Source: an uncultured Actinomycetota bacterium (GTDB taxonomy: Bacteria; Actinomycetota; Actinomycetes; JAHEKZ01). Taken from it: 64,000 nucleotides of DNA. The notes under the pieces were generated by a model. That model ran no database searches. It was not told the DNA's origin and was given only the letters and a program-made list of their open reading frames with translations. Shown here piece by piece: positions 20,708-31,410 of this stretch (its first letter is position 1; every line of letters begins with the position of its first letter). The stretch is from contig CAVQYR010000001.1 in assembly GCA_963718235.1 (NCBI GenBank), positions 1,280,001 to 1,344,000 on the forward strand, given 5' to 3'. The translations under genes were made by a program, and so were the position numbers.

Positions 20708-22036
20708 CTACTGCGTCTTCCACAGCGTCCGGTTGACCAGGTTCTCGAGCTGCTCCTGACGCCCGCTCACCGGTGATGGGTCGATACCGCCTTCGGCCAC
20801 TCGCTTCTCCAGGTCGGCCAGGGACAGTCCACCTGCCAAGATCTCCAACCCCAGGCGCTGCGACCACCCGGCGTACCTCGCGTCACGTGCAGCTTCGATG
20901 TACCCGTCCTCGACCATCCTGGCCGCCACCAGCAGCGACAGGGCGAGGACGTCCATGCCTCCGATGTGCCCGTGGAACAGGTCGTCGCGCGCCAGGCTCT
21001 GGCGTCGGAGCTTGGAGTCGAAGTTCATGCCACCGGTGGTGAAGCCTCCGCCGCGCAGGATCTCGTACAACGCCAGGCTCATCTCCTCGATGGAGTTGGG
21101 GAACTGGTCGGTGTCCCAGCCGTTCTGCGGGTCGCCACGGTTGGCGTCGATGCTGCCGAAGACCCCGTTGTCGACGGCGTACGCGACCTCGTGGTGGAAG
21201 CTGTGCCCGGCGAGGGTCGCGTGGTTCACCTCGATGTTCACGAAGTACTCACCGAGCAGGCCGTACCGCTCGAGGAAGCCGTGGACGGTGGCACAGTCGT
21301 AGTCGTACTGGTGCTTGGTCGGCTCCTGCGGCTTGGGCTCGATGAGCAGGGTCCCTTCGAACCCGATCGAGTGCTTGTACTCGGCCACGAGGTGCAGGAA
21401 CCGCGCGAGCTGGTCGGCCTCCTGCTTCATCCGGGTGTTGAGGAGGGTCTCGTAGCCCTCGCGCCCGCCCCAGAGCACGTAGTTGGCGCCACCCAGCCGG
21501 TGCGTCGCATCGAGCGCGTTCTTCACCTGCGCGGCCGCGTAGGCGAAGGCCTCCGGGTTGGGATTGGTGGCCGCACCCGCTGCGAACCTCGGGTGGCTGA
21601 ACGCGTTGCTGGTGCCCCAGAGCAGTCGGACCCCGGTGCGCACCATCTGCTCCCCGGCATAGTCGACCATCTCCTCGAGGTTGCGTCGGCTCTGGGCGAA
21701 GTCGTCGCCGGCCGGGGCCATGTCGATGTCGTGGAAGGTGAAGAAGGGAACCCCCAGCTTGGCGAAGAGCTCGAACGCGGCATCCATCTTCTGACGCGCG
21801 GCTGCCATGGGGTCGGACGCCGGCTGCAACCACGGCCGGTCGAAGGTGCCCGATCCGAACACGTCGCTGCCCGGCCAGTTGAACGAGTGCCAGTAGCACA
21901 CGGCCATCCGCAGGTGCTCGTCCATGCGCTTGCCGAGCACGAGCCGCTCGGGGTTGTAGTACCGGAAGGCGAGGTCGTTCTCGGTGTCTGGGCCCTCGAA
22001 GGCGATCGGGCTGACGTCGGCGAAGAACTCGGGCAC
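20708..22036 (-). CDS. xylA: Xylose isomerase, class II (about 440 aa)
   Basis: [54 protein letters not shown]. Confidence 0.97.
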   Translation of the reverse strand: MPEFFADVSPIAFEGPDTENDLAFRYYNPERLVLGKRMDEHLRMAVCYWHSFNWPGSDVFGSGTFDRPWLQPASDPMAAARQKMDAAFELFAKLGVPFFTFHDIDMAPAGDDFAQSRRNLEEMVDYAGEQMVRTGVRLLWGTSNAFSHPRFAAGAATNPNPEAFAYAAAQVKNALDATHRLGGANYVLWGGREGYETLLNTRMKQEADQLARFLHLVAEYKHSIGFEGTLLIEPKPQEPTKHQYDYDCATVHGFLERYGLLGEYFVNIEVNHATLAGHSFHHEVAYAVDNGVFGSIDANRGDPQNGWDTDQFPNSIEEMSLALYEILRGGGFTTGGMNFDSKLRRQSLARDDLFHGHIGGMDVLALSLLVAARMVEDGYIEAARDARYAGWSQRLGLEILAGGLSLADLEKRVAEGGIDPSPVSGRQEQLENLVNRTLWKTQ

Positions 22037-22059
22037 GGTGGCCTCCTGGAGTGGTCGGG

Positions 22060-23028
22060 CTACGACCCCAGTATCTCGTCTATCACCCTCATGTTCGCCA
22101 TCGCGTCGGAAACGGGCACGGGGACGTCGGTGTCGTCCAGGATCGCCCGGCTGAACAGCTCGGCCTGGAGGGTGTACTGGTTGGCCGGAGGGAAGGTCAG
22201 GCTCTCCGCGTCCGCGCCGTCGACCGTGAGGTGGATCCGCGTCTCGCGGTCCCAGGGGATGTTGAAGGGGATCTCGACCTCGATCCGCCCTCGCGTCCCC
22301 ACGATGTTCACCCGCTGGTAGGGCTCACACCGGATGCAGACGGTGAAGGTCGACTGGCCACCGTCGGGGAAGGCGAGGACGGCAGAGGTCGTGGTGTCGA
22401 TCCCCATGACCGGGTCACGTCGGACCTGGGCGGCGACCGCCGTGGGTTCCGCCAGGAAGAGCATCCGGGACAGGTTGATCGGGTAGCAGCCGATGTCCAT
22501 CAGGGCGCCACCGCCGTGGCCGACCTGGTTGCGGATGTTGGCCGGGTCGTCGTTGTAGTAGCTGAACCAGGTCTGGACCCCCTGCAGGCGACCGATCGCG
22601 CCGGTCCGGACGAGCCTGGTGGCCTCGACCCAGGTGGGGTGGTGGCGGTACATGAACGCCTCCTGGAGCTTGACGCCGGCCTGAGCACAGGCGTGCGCCA
22701 TCTCCTGGGCCTGCGCTGCGCTCAGGGCGAGCGGCTTCTCACACAGGACGTGTTTGCCCGCCTGTGCCGCCTTGAGGGTCCACTCCGCGTGCTGGTCGTT
22801 GGGCAGCGGGACGTACACGGCGTCGACATCCTCGGCCGCGAGCAGGGCCTCGTAGCTCTGGTAGGCGGCAGGGATGCCCAGCCGTGCGGCTGCAGCCTCG
22901 CTGCGGCTCGCGTCGCGAGAGGCGATGGCCACCACCTCGCACCCCTGCGCGCGCTGGATCGCGGGGGTCACCTCGACCATGCCGATGTCTGCGGTGCTGA
23001 GGACTCCCCATCGAACGGTGCTCACCAC
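22060..23028 (-). CDS. Gfo/Idh/MocA oxidoreductase (possible aldose/xylose dehydrogenase)
   Basis: [36 protein letters not shown]; 23 nt upstream of xylA. Confidence 0.88.
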   Translation of the reverse strand: MVSTVRWGVLSTADIGMVEVTPAIQRAQGCEVVAIASRDASRSEAAAARLGIPAAYQSYEALLAAEDVDAVYVPLPNDQHAEWTLKAAQAGKHVLCEKPLALSAAQAQEMAHACAQAGVKLQEAFMYRHHPTWVEATRLVRTGAIGRLQGVQTWFSYYNDDPANIRNQVGHGGGALMDIGCYPINLSRMLFLAEPTAVAAQVRRDPVMGIDTTTSAVLAFPDGGQSTFTVCIRCEPYQRVNIVGTRGRIEVEIPFNIPWDRETRIHLTVDGADAESLTFPPANQYTLQAELFSRAILDDTDVPVPVSDAMANMRVIDEILGS

Positions 23029-23083
23029 TCACCGACTCTCGCCGTCGGTGGGTGGCCCTGCCCAAGGTGGCACAAGGGGCGGG

Positions 23084-23596
23084 TCAGCCGCGCTTCAGCA
23101 GCTTGGTCGGCCCGGCGTGGCCGCCAGTGACCGAGCCGTAGTTGTTGCCGTCGGCCTCCAAGCGCACACTGTTGGGTGCGTTGTCGAGGCAGGAGCGCGG
23201 GATCACGATCCGGTAGGCGCCGGTGGCCTTGACCCGGCTGAACTCGAACGTTCGGCAGCGCACCGCCTTCGCGTCCTCCGGTTGACCCGTCGAGGTGTAG
23301 TACAGGTCGGTTGCCCACTTGGCGCCATAGCAGCCGCCCTGGGCGAAGTAGAGGACCTTCCCTGCACGGTTCTCGAGGTTGACCGTGAGGGTCTGGGCGC
23401 CCCCGCACGCCTTGCCGAGCCCGAAGACCTGGGCCGTCACCGCGTTCGCCCCGTTGTTAGCGACCAGCTTCGTGATGTCGCCGCGGCCAGGGCCAGGGGC
23501 GCTGCCGAGGACGGTCTGCGACTGCGCGCTGGCCACACCGGCACCAAGGACGGTCATGCTGGCCAGGACGATGGCGGCAACTGCTGCTCGGCGCAT
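23084..23596 (-). CDS. Secreted hypothetical protein (4 Cys)
   Basis: Signal peptide MRRAAVAAIVLASMTVLGAGVASA; GC3-rich coding frame; no recognisable domain. Confidence 0.7.
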   Translation of the reverse strand: MRRAAVAAIVLASMTVLGAGVASAQSQTVLGSAPGPGRGDITKLVANNGANAVTAQVFGLGKACGGAQTLTVNLENRAGKVLYFAQGGCYGAKWATDLYYTSTGQPEDAKAVRCRTFEFSRVKATGAYRIVIPRSCLDNAPNSVRLEADGNNYGSVTGGHAGPTKLLKRG

Positions 23597-23740
23597 GGAG
23601 GTCACCTCTGCTCGACGGGTTGCCGACCCTAGCGACGCCCCTGAGGCTTGTCAGTCGAAGGCCAGAAGTTCACGCCGAAGGACGATCAGACGGCATCCTG
23701 TGACCGGCAGTACGCGCAGCTTGCGGAAGGTGGGGCGAAG

Positions 23741-25288
23741 GTGGATGGCGCAGTGGCGAGCCCGCATCGTCTGGCGACGGCAGCGGGTGAGCAGGTGCTC
23801 GCGGAGGGCGGGTCCGCGGTGGACGCTGCCATCGCGACAGCGGCTGTGCTTGCCGTGGTGGCGCCTCATCAGTGCGGGATCGGTGGTGATGCGGTTGCGC
23901 TGGTTGCCGAGCCCGGTGCGGACATCGCCTGCTACCAGGGGGCCGGTCGGTCGGCGGCTGCGGTCGACGTCGACGCCGTGCGGCAGCTCGGGCACGGCCC
24001 GATGCCGGTGTTCGGTCCACACTCGGTCACTGTTCCCGGGGCGGTCTCCGCGTGGGCCGCGATGCATGCCGACGCGGGCCGGCTGCCCTGGTCCGGGTTG
24101 TTCGACGACGCGACCACGTTGGCCGCGGACGGCTTCGGCGTCGGCCGCGGGCTGAGCGAGGCGATCGCCGACAGCTCGGGCCGGGTCCGTGTGGATCCTG
24201 GCCTGCATGCTCTCCTGACCCTGGACGACAAGCCTCTGACGCTCGGTGACCACCTGCAGCAGCCGGCGCTCGCGCAGACCCTCACCGCACTGGCCTCCGC
24301 CGGACCGGATGCGCTGTACCGGGGGCCGGTCGGAGCGTCACTGGTGGAGCATCTGCGGTCCCTCGGGTCGTCGTTGTCCGTCGAAGACCTCACCGGTCAC
24401 CTGTGCGAGCGCCCCGAACCGATCGAGTCAGCGTGGAGGGGCGCCAGGCTGTGGACTGCTCCACCCCCGTCGCAAGGGGTGGTCCTGTTCCACATCCTCG
24501 CCCTCCTGGACGAACTCGGTGGCTCGAACGACCTGCTCGGGTCAGACGCCGACCTGTTGGCCGGGGTGTTCGCGGCGTCGACCACGTTCCGGGAGGAGCG
24601 GCTGGCCGACCCGCGGGCGTCGCCGGTCGACGTCTCCCACGGGGTGCACCCGGACGACATCGCGAGGACCGCGGGTCAGATCAGGGAGGGGGCACGACCG
24701 GCGGCCGCGCCCTCGCCCTCGCCCCGGCGTCCCGACGGCGACACCGTGGCCGTCGTGGCTGCGGACGCCGAAGGAGGCTTCGTCTCCCTCATCTTCAGCC
24801 TCTTCTACTCGTTCGGTTCAGGGATCTGCGACCCCTCCACCGGAGTGGTCCTGCACAACCGAGGGGCCGGGTTCACCCTGGACGCCGGGTCGCCGAACTG
24901 CCTGGCGCCGAGCCGTCGCCCGGCCCACAGCCTGATGCCGTTGCTGCTGGCCGACGACGAGGGCGTGTTCGCCGCGCACGGCACGATGGGGGGCTACGGC
25001 CAGCCGCAGATCCACGCCCAGCTGCTGCTGCGCCTGGATGCGGGGCAGACGCCCACCGAGGCGGTGACCGCCCCCCGATGGGTGGTCGGGCGCCCAGACG
25101 ACGACGGCGGCCTCCAGATCGAGGTCGAGCGCTCCGCGCCGGGCGTGGTCCAGGACTCACTGGGCAGAGCCGGGCTTCCCGTCCAGCTGCTGGCCGACCT
25201 GGACAGCGAGGTTGGTCACGCCCAGCTGGTGCGTCGCGATGCCTCGGGCGCGCTGCTGGTCGCGACGGACCCACGCGCCGAAGGCTGA
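23741..25288 (+). CDS. Gamma-glutamyltransferase family (Ntn-hydrolase)
   Basis: GGSAVDAAIA, CGIGGD, TVPG, catalytic GDT, LHNRG, RPAHSL, GTMGG.GQPQ, DPRAEG. Confidence 0.9.
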   Translation: MDGAVASPHRLATAAGEQVLAEGGSAVDAAIATAAVLAVVAPHQCGIGGDAVALVAEPGADIACYQGAGRSAAAVDVDAVRQLGHGPMPVFGPHSVTVPGAVSAWAAMHADAGRLPWSGLFDDATTLAADGFGVGRGLSEAIADSSGRVRVDPGLHALLTLDDKPLTLGDHLQQPALAQTLTALASAGPDALYRGPVGASLVEHLRSLGSSLSVEDLTGHLCERPEPIESAWRGARLWTAPPPSQGVVLFHILALLDELGGSNDLLGSDADLLAGVFAASTTFREERLADPRASPVDVSHGVHPDDIARTAGQIREGARPAAAPSPSPRRPDGDTVAVVAADAEGGFVSLIFSLFYSFGSGICDPSTGVVLHNRGAGFTLDAGSPNCLAPSRRPAHSLMPLLLADDEGVFAAHGTMGGYGQPQIHAQLLLRLDAGQTPTEAVTAPRWVVGRPDDDGGLQIEVERSAPGVVQDSLGRAGLPVQLLADLDSEVGHAQLVRRDASGALLVATDPRAEG

Positions 25289-25311
25289 CCCGGCCGGTGT
25301 TGAATGCCCGG

Positions 25312-26991
25312 ATGAGCGACCCGAGTGCTGCCCGAGACTCCGTCCAGCCGTCCGCCAGTGGCCCTGCCGACCTCGTCATCACCGACGCCGACGTCTACAC
25401 CGTCGACGCGGCCCGCAGCTGGGCCAGGGGACTGGCCGTGCGTGGCGGCCAGATCATCGCTGTCGAGCCCGATCCAACCGACCTCGAGGCGCACATCGGT
25501 CCACGCACCGAGGTGCTGTCCCTGCCCGGGCGGATGGTCGTGCCGGGGTTCCAGGACGCACACATCCACACCCCCTTCGCGGGGCGTAACCGACTGCGCA
25601 TCTTCCTCAACGACCTCGAAGGGCGCCAGGAGTACCTGGAGGTGATCGCCCGTTACGCGGCGGACAACCCGGATGAGCCGTGGATCGTCGGTGGGGGCTG
25701 GGCCATGGAGTACTTCCCCGGGGGGACGCCGACCAAGGACGACCTCGACGCCATCGTTGCCGACCGGCCGGTCTTCTTGTTGAACCGTGACGTCCACGGT
25801 GCCTGGGTCAACTCCAAGGCGCTGGAGATCGCCGGGATCGACAAGGACACCCCGGACCCGGCCGACGGGAGGATCGAGCGTGACCCGGTGACGGGGGAGC
25901 CCTCCGGAACCCTGCACGAGGGGGCGGCCTACTCGTTCAACGACCGGGTCGTTCCGCTGCCGGACCGCGCCGAGTGGGAGGCCGCGATCCTGGAGGGGCA
26001 GCGACACCTGCACTCTCTCGGTATCACCGCTTGGCAGGACGCCTGGGTGACGCCCGGGACCTTGGAGGCGTACCGATCCCTGGCCGACTCCGGCCAGCTT
26101 CAGGCTCGCGTGGTCGGGTCCCTGTGGTGGGACCGCCACCGAGGCCTCGAGCAGATCCCTGAGCTGTTGACCCAGCGGGAGTCCGGCACGGTCGGGTCGT
26201 TCAGTGCGACCACGGTCAAGATCATGACCGACGGTGTGCTGGAGAACTTCACCGGCGCCCTGCTGGAGCCGTACTGCGACGGGTGCGGCGGACACACCGA
26301 CAACCACGGTCTCTCCTACGTCGAGCGGGACCTGCTCGCCGCCGCCGTCACCGAGCTGGACCGGCTTGGCTTCCAGGTGCACATGCACGCGATCGGCGAC
26401 CGTGCGGTTCGTAACGCGTTGGACGCCGTCGCGGCAGCCCGGGCGGCCAACGGCATGAATGACCGGCGCCACCACATCGCCCACGTGCAGATCGTCCAGC
26501 CGGAGGACGTACCCCGGTTCCGCGAGCTCGGCGTCGTGGCCAACTGCCAGCCCTTCTGGGCCCAGATGGAGCCCCAGATGGAGGAGCTGACCCTGCCGTT
26601 CCTGGGCCGGGACCGGGCCGACCTGCAGTACCCCTTCGGTGACCTCCTGCGCTCCGGCGCCGTGCTGGCGGGTGGCAGCGACTGGTCGGTGACCACCGCC
26701 AACCCGCTTGAGGAGATCGAGGTGATGGTCAACCGGGTGGGCACCGAGAACCGCGGAGGAGCCCCCTACCTGCCCGAGCAACGGGTCCCCCTCCCCGCGG
26801 CGTTCGCCGCCTTCACGATGGGCACCGCCTACGTCAACCACGACGACCACGCTTCGGGGTCGGTCGAGGTCGGCAAGCGAGCCGACCTGGCGGTTCTGGA
26901 CCGAAACCTGTTCGCCGCCGGTGCTGGAGCGGTCGCCGAGGCCCACGTCGAGGCCACCTACGTGGGGGGTCGGCAGGTGTTCGGTGAGTGA
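25312..26991 (+). CDS. YtcJ/NfdA-like amidohydrolase (amidohydrolase_3)
   Basis: PGFQDAHIH, HGAWVNSKAL, KIMTDG, HAIGDRA, HIAHVQ, GSDW, GKRADLAVLD. Confidence 0.9.
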   Translation: MSDPSAARDSVQPSASGPADLVITDADVYTVDAARSWARGLAVRGGQIIAVEPDPTDLEAHIGPRTEVLSLPGRMVVPGFQDAHIHTPFAGRNRLRIFLNDLEGRQEYLEVIARYAADNPDEPWIVGGGWAMEYFPGGTPTKDDLDAIVADRPVFLLNRDVHGAWVNSKALEIAGIDKDTPDPADGRIERDPVTGEPSGTLHEGAAYSFNDRVVPLPDRAEWEAAILEGQRHLHSLGITAWQDAWVTPGTLEAYRSLADSGQLQARVVGSLWWDRHRGLEQIPELLTQRESGTVGSFSATTVKIMTDGVLENFTGALLEPYCDGCGGHTDNHGLSYVERDLLAAAVTELDRLGFQVHMHAIGDRAVRNALDAVAAARAANGMNDRRHHIAHVQIVQPEDVPRFRELGVVANCQPFWAQMEPQMEELTLPFLGRDRADLQYPFGDLLRSGAVLAGGSDWSVTTANPLEEIEVMVNRVGTENRGGAPYLPEQRVPLPAAFAAFTMGTAYVNHDDHASGSVEVGKRADLAVLDRNLFAAGAGAVAEAHVEATYVGGRQVFGE

Positions 26992-27136
26992 CGAGGGACT
27001 CGGCGCTGCCGAGTCTCGTAACGATGTGGTCGCAAGTGGTCCCGCACCCCTGGACGGTCTGGTTGACTCGGGGCCTACGCGACGGTCCGGTGCGGCGGGC
27101 GTCGCGCGCCTGTCGACGAGGAGAGGTTCTTAGCCT

Positions 27137-28273
27137 GTGAGTGGCGACAAGGGCTCGGTCGAGCTGGTCAACGTGACGAAGAAGTTCGGCGACTTCACCG
27201 CCGTGGACGCCCTGAACCTCCAGGTCGAGCCGGGCGAGTTCCTCTCGCTGCTGGGGCCGAGTGGCTGCGGCAAGACGACGACGCTGCGCATGCTCGCCGG
27301 CTTCGAGGAGCCGACCGCGGGCGAGATCCTCATCTCGGGCCAGCCGGTCCAGGGTCGCCCCCCCTACAAGCGCGACGTCAACACCGTCTTCCAGGCGTAC
27401 GCCCTGTTCCCGCACATGACCGTCGCGGAGAACGTCGCCTACGGGCTTCGGCAGAAGAAGACGGGCAAGTCCGAGATCAACTCCAAGGTCAGCGAAGCGC
27501 TCGACATGGTGAAGATGCGGGCGATGGCGGGGCGTAAGCCCAACCAGCTTTCCGGCGGTCAGCAGCAGCGGGTAGCCGTGGCCCGGGCGCTGGTCAACCG
27601 GCCGAGCCTGCTGCTGCTCGACGAGCCTCTGGGCGCCCTCGACCGCAAGCTGCGCGAGGAGATGCAGATCGAGCTGAAGCTGTTGCAGAGCCAGCTCGGG
27701 ATCACGTTCATCTTCGTCACCCACGACCAGGAGGAAGCGCTGTCGATGAGTGACCGGATCGCGGTCATGCTCGACGGACACGTCGAACAGCTCGCCGATC
27801 CCTACGCGATCTACGAGCACCCCGCGACCGCTTTCGTGGCCGGCTTCATCGGCCAGCAGAACTTCTTCGAGGGCACGGCGTCCGACGGGGGCAAGACCGT
27901 CACCGGCGACGGCTGGGTCGCGCAGACCGACCGCCCCTCGGAGCCGATCTCCGACGGCGCGGAGGCGCTCGTCGCCGTAAGGCCGGAGACCGTCTCGGTC
28001 GGGGAGGACCGCCCTGACCAGAACACGAACCTCCGCCACGGGACTCTCGCGGGTGTGTCGCACCTCGGCGACGTCATCCAGTTCGTGGTCTCCACCGGCG
28101 AGGGCAAGGAGATCCTCAGCCGGGTGCCGCGCACCAAGGCCCCGAGGCTTCTCCCCGGAGCGTCGGTGTGGTGCTCCTGGGACGCCGAGCACACCTACGT
28201 CTTCGGGTCATCGCAGGCCGACATCGTCCTGGCCGACCCAGCTGAGCTGGTCGAGACCGGCCTCGGTGAGTAA
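27137..28273 (+). CDS. potA: Polyamine-type ABC transporter ATP-binding protein (PotA-like)
   Basis: GPSGCGKTT, RDVNTVFQAYALFPH, LSGGQQQR, LLLDEPLGALD, VTHDQEEAL, C-terminal TOBE-like domain. Confidence 0.9.
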   Translation: MSGDKGSVELVNVTKKFGDFTAVDALNLQVEPGEFLSLLGPSGCGKTTTLRMLAGFEEPTAGEILISGQPVQGRPPYKRDVNTVFQAYALFPHMTVAENVAYGLRQKKTGKSEINSKVSEALDMVKMRAMAGRKPNQLSGGQQQRVAVARALVNRPSLLLLDEPLGALDRKLREEMQIELKLLQSQLGITFIFVTHDQEEALSMSDRIAVMLDGHVEQLADPYAIYEHPATAFVAGFIGQQNFFEGTASDGGKTVTGDGWVAQTDRPSEPISDGAEALVAVRPETVSVGEDRPDQNTNLRHGTLAGVSHLGDVIQFVVSTGEGKEILSRVPRTKAPRLLPGASVWCSWDAEHTYVFGSSQADIVLADPAELVETGLGE

Positions 28274-28324
28274 CTCGCTTCCGTGCGCAGGAACGCGCAC
28301 GGACCAACTGGAAGGACACCGCAG

Positions 28325-29512
28325 ATGAGTGACGAGCCCACGCTGAAGATTCTTGCCTCGCGTGAAGGAGCTCGGCAGATCTCCCGGCGCGCCTTCATGG
28401 CAGGTGCCAGCGTCACGGCAGTCGGGGGGAGCCTGATCCTCTCGGCCTGTGGCGGCAGCGACGACACCGGCGGGGAGCCGACGCCCAGCGCAGCCCCGTC
28501 GGGAGCCGTCGAGAGCGCGCTCAACATCTACAACTGGGCCGACTACAACGACCCCAAGCTGTACAAGAAGTTCACTGCGGAGACCGGGGCCAAGGTCCAG
28601 GTCGACATCTTCGACTCCAACGAGCAGGCCGTGGCCAAGCTGAACGCCGCGGGCGGCACCAGCGGTTTCGACCTCATGTGTCCCACGGGCACGTTCATCC
28701 CCCTGATGGTTCAGCAGCAGCTGATCCAGCCGCTGGACACCGCGCGCCTGACGAACTTCGGCAACATCGCCCCGGAGTACCTCGACCAGTCGTGGGACCT
28801 GGGGAACAAGTACTCCGTCCCCAAGGACTGGGGTACGACCGGCTTCATGTACGACAAGCGCGCGATCACCCGACCCATGAAGACCTGGCAGGACTTCATG
28901 GACGCCATGCAGAACGAGGCCGCGAACAACACCTCGGTGCTCGCTACGCCGAACAACTTGTGCTCCCTGTTCTTCTGGACCCAGGATCCGGTCCTCGACT
29001 GGACAACCACGGACACCGCTGAGCTGGACGCGTGCGAGACGTACATCCTCGAGGAGGTGGCGCCCTACGTGAAGGCGTACGACTCCTACCCCGGTATCGC
29101 GATCACCCAGGGCAAGTACGTGCTGTCGCAGATCTGGAACGGTGACGCCCGCGCCGGGCTGACGCGTGGCGACAACCCGGAGAACTTCGAATGGGTCTTC
29201 CCAGACGGGACCACCGAGATCTGGATGGACACCTGGACGGTGGTGGCCGGCGCGCCGAACCCCAACGCCGCCTACGCCTGGATCGACTGGATCCTGCAGC
29301 CGGAGATCTCCTACATCGACCTCAAGTACCACGGCTACAACACTGCCATCAAGGGGATCGAGGAGAAGGCGCTGGCCGACGGCATCCCCTACCCGGAGAT
29401 CATCTTCTTCGACGAGGACCAGGTCGCACAGATGGTGGCCGGCGCGGTCAACGAGGGTCTGGACCGGCAGAACGAGATCTACCAGCAGGCCAAGGCCGTC
29501 TCCGCCAGCTGA
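28325..29512 (+). CDS. potD: Polyamine-binding Tat lipoprotein (PotD/PotF-like)
   Basis: Twin-Arg SRRAFM, lipobox LSAC; LNIYNWADY, FDSNE, YSVPKDWGTTG, WNGD, WMD. Confidence 0.88.
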   Translation: MSDEPTLKILASREGARQISRRAFMAGASVTAVGGSLILSACGGSDDTGGEPTPSAAPSGAVESALNIYNWADYNDPKLYKKFTAETGAKVQVDIFDSNEQAVAKLNAAGGTSGFDLMCPTGTFIPLMVQQQLIQPLDTARLTNFGNIAPEYLDQSWDLGNKYSVPKDWGTTGFMYDKRAITRPMKTWQDFMDAMQNEAANNTSVLATPNNLCSLFFWTQDPVLDWTTTDTAELDACETYILEEVAPYVKAYDSYPGIAITQGKYVLSQIWNGDARAGLTRGDNPENFEWVFPDGTTEIWMDTWTVVAGAPNPNAAYAWIDWILQPEISYIDLKYHGYNTAIKGIEEKALADGIPYPEIIFFDEDQVAQMVAGAVNEGLDRQNEIYQQAKAVSAS

Positions 29513-29535
29513 CCCGAAGGAGTACCTGTCCACCC

Positions 29536-30519
29536 ATGAGCACCCAGGCTCCGGAGCGGCCGCCAGCCGCTGCGCCTCCGCCGGTCGCGCCCGCGCCCAG
29601 GGCGCGTCGGCGGGCGCCGAAGTTCACCATGGCGATCCCCGCGTGGGCGTGGCTGCTGGTCTTCTTCCTGATCCCGGTCGGCTTCATCCTCGTCTACAGC
29701 TTCGGGCGCAAGCCCGGGCTGCTGGAGCTGAAGCCCGGCCAGATCAACACGATCGCCCTCGACCAGTGGCCGACCTTCGAGCGCTACCAGGAGGTGCTGG
29801 ACGGCCCGATCCTGTCGACCTTCCAGAACACCCTGCAGATCGCCATCATCGGCACCCTGGCCTGCCTGCTGATCGGCTTCCCGTTCGCCTACTGGCTGGC
29901 GGTCAAGGTGCCGGAGAGGTACCGGGCGATCCTGCTCGGACTCATCCTGGTGCCGTTCTGGACCAACTTCTTGATCCGAACGATCGCCTGGCAGATCCTG
30001 CTGTTCCCCGAGGGCTGGTTCTCCGGACTGCTCCAGGACATCGGGTTGCTGGGCGGTCCACTCGCGGTGCTCGACACCAGAGCGGCAGTCCAGATCGGGG
30101 TCGTCTACAACTACCTGGTCCTGATGATCCTGCCCTTGTTCGTGGCGCTGGACCGGATCGACCCGGCCCTGCGCGACGGCAGCAAGGACCTGGGTGCCAA
30201 CCGGATCAAGACGTTCATGCAGGTGACCTTGCCCCTGGCGATGCCTGGGGTCGTCTCGGGGCTGCTGCTCGTGTTCATCCCGTTGATGGGCGACTACATC
30301 ACCGCCTCGATCCTCGGTGGCGCCAAGGGCACCATGGCTGGACAGCTGGTCTACGACCAGTTCCTGGTGGCGCAGAACTGGGCACTGGGGTCGGCGATGG
30401 CCATGTTCTTGATCATGACGATCCTGGTCACGGTTCTCGTCTTTGCGGCGGTGTTCCTACTCGTTGCCTGGGTCCTGAGACGTCGCCGCCGGGTCACCTT
30501 GACGGAGGTGACCGCATGA
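29536..30519 (+). CDS. potB: Polyamine ABC permease (PotB-like)
   Basis: PFWTNFLIRTIAW, YNYLVLMILPLF, DLGA...VTLPL.MPG, GDYIT..ILGG. Confidence 0.88.
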   Translation: MSTQAPERPPAAAPPPVAPAPRARRRAPKFTMAIPAWAWLLVFFLIPVGFILVYSFGRKPGLLELKPGQINTIALDQWPTFERYQEVLDGPILSTFQNTLQIAIIGTLACLLIGFPFAYWLAVKVPERYRAILLGLILVPFWTNFLIRTIAWQILLFPEGWFSGLLQDIGLLGGPLAVLDTRAAVQIGVVYNYLVLMILPLFVALDRIDPALRDGSKDLGANRIKTFMQVTLPLAMPGVVSGLLLVFIPLMGDYITASILGGAKGTMAGQLVYDQFLVAQNWALGSAMAMFLIMTILVTVLVFAAVFLLVAWVLRRRRRVTLTEVTA

Positions 30520-31400
30520 CCGCAGTCGCTGCTGCTCCCGCGCCGGCCCCGGTGGTCAAGCGGAAGATCGACTGGGTCACGGTAGGGCTCTACGTGTGGG
30601 GCATCGCGACCCTGATCTTCCTGTTCCTGCCGGTCATCCTGGTCACCGTCTACTCGTTCAACTCCGGTCCGGCGCTGCTCGTCTGGCGTGGGTTCAGCAC
30701 CGAGCCCTTCGGTACCGCACTTGCCGACTCCCAGCTCACCGGACCCATGATCACCTCGGTGAAGGTGGCGCTGGGCGCTGCCGTCATTGCGACCATCCTG
30801 GGGACCTTCGCCGGCATGGCACTGGGCCGGCGTCCGGGCAAGTGGACGGTCCTCTTCATCGGTCTGATCGCTCTGGTGCTGGTCACGCCTGAGATCGTCG
30901 ACGGCATCTCCATGTTGCTGTGGTTCGTCCAGCTCGGTGACATCCCGGGCCTGGCGTTCTTCGACAACGGGCTCATCCGACTGTTCATCGGCACCTCGTT
31001 GTTCGCAGTGGCCGTCGTCACGCTGATCGTGCGCGCGCGCGTGGCTGGGCTCTCGGAGTCACTCGAGGAGGCCGCCGCCGACCTCTATGCCGCACCGTGG
31101 AACCGGTTCCGCCAGGTCACGTTCCCGTTGTTGGCTCCGGCGATCATCTCCGGCGGCTTGCTGGCGTTCTCCCTGAGCCTGGACAACACGATCATCGCCC
31201 AGTTCGTCAGCGTCGGTGGAACTGCGACCTGGCCGGTCTACGTGTGGGGGTCGGTCCGGCAGGGGCTCAAGCCGGAGGTCGCGGCGATGTCCACCCTGCT
31301 GCTGATCCTGACCCTGACCTCGCTCATCCTGGTGGCTCTGGTGCTCCGCCGCTCCGGGGCGTCGTCCAAGGAGATCGCCACGACCATGGCCGGCCAGTAG
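30516..31400 (+). CDS. potC: Polyamine ABC permease (PotC-like)
   Basis: YSFN, TPEIV, LEEAAADL, FSLSLDN; ATGA overlap with potB. Confidence 0.88.
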   Translation: MTAVAAAPAPAPVVKRKIDWVTVGLYVWGIATLIFLFLPVILVTVYSFNSGPALLVWRGFSTEPFGTALADSQLTGPMITSVKVALGAAVIATILGTFAGMALGRRPGKWTVLFIGLIALVLVTPEIVDGISMLLWFVQLGDIPGLAFFDNGLIRLFIGTSLFAVAVVTLIVRARVAGLSESLEEAAADLYAAPWNRFRQVTFPLLAPAIISGGLLAFSLSLDNTIIAQFVSVGGTATWPVYVWGSVRQGLKPEVAAMSTLLLILTLTSLILVALVLRRSGASSKEIATTMAGQ

Positions 31401-31410
31401 ACCCACGCGA

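Noticed and set aside
24403-25311. Long Arg/Pro-rich N-terminal extensions (also ORFs starting at 29166, 35398, 49376 and 61819)
   Set aside because: Off-frame reading of upstream genes in high-GC DNA
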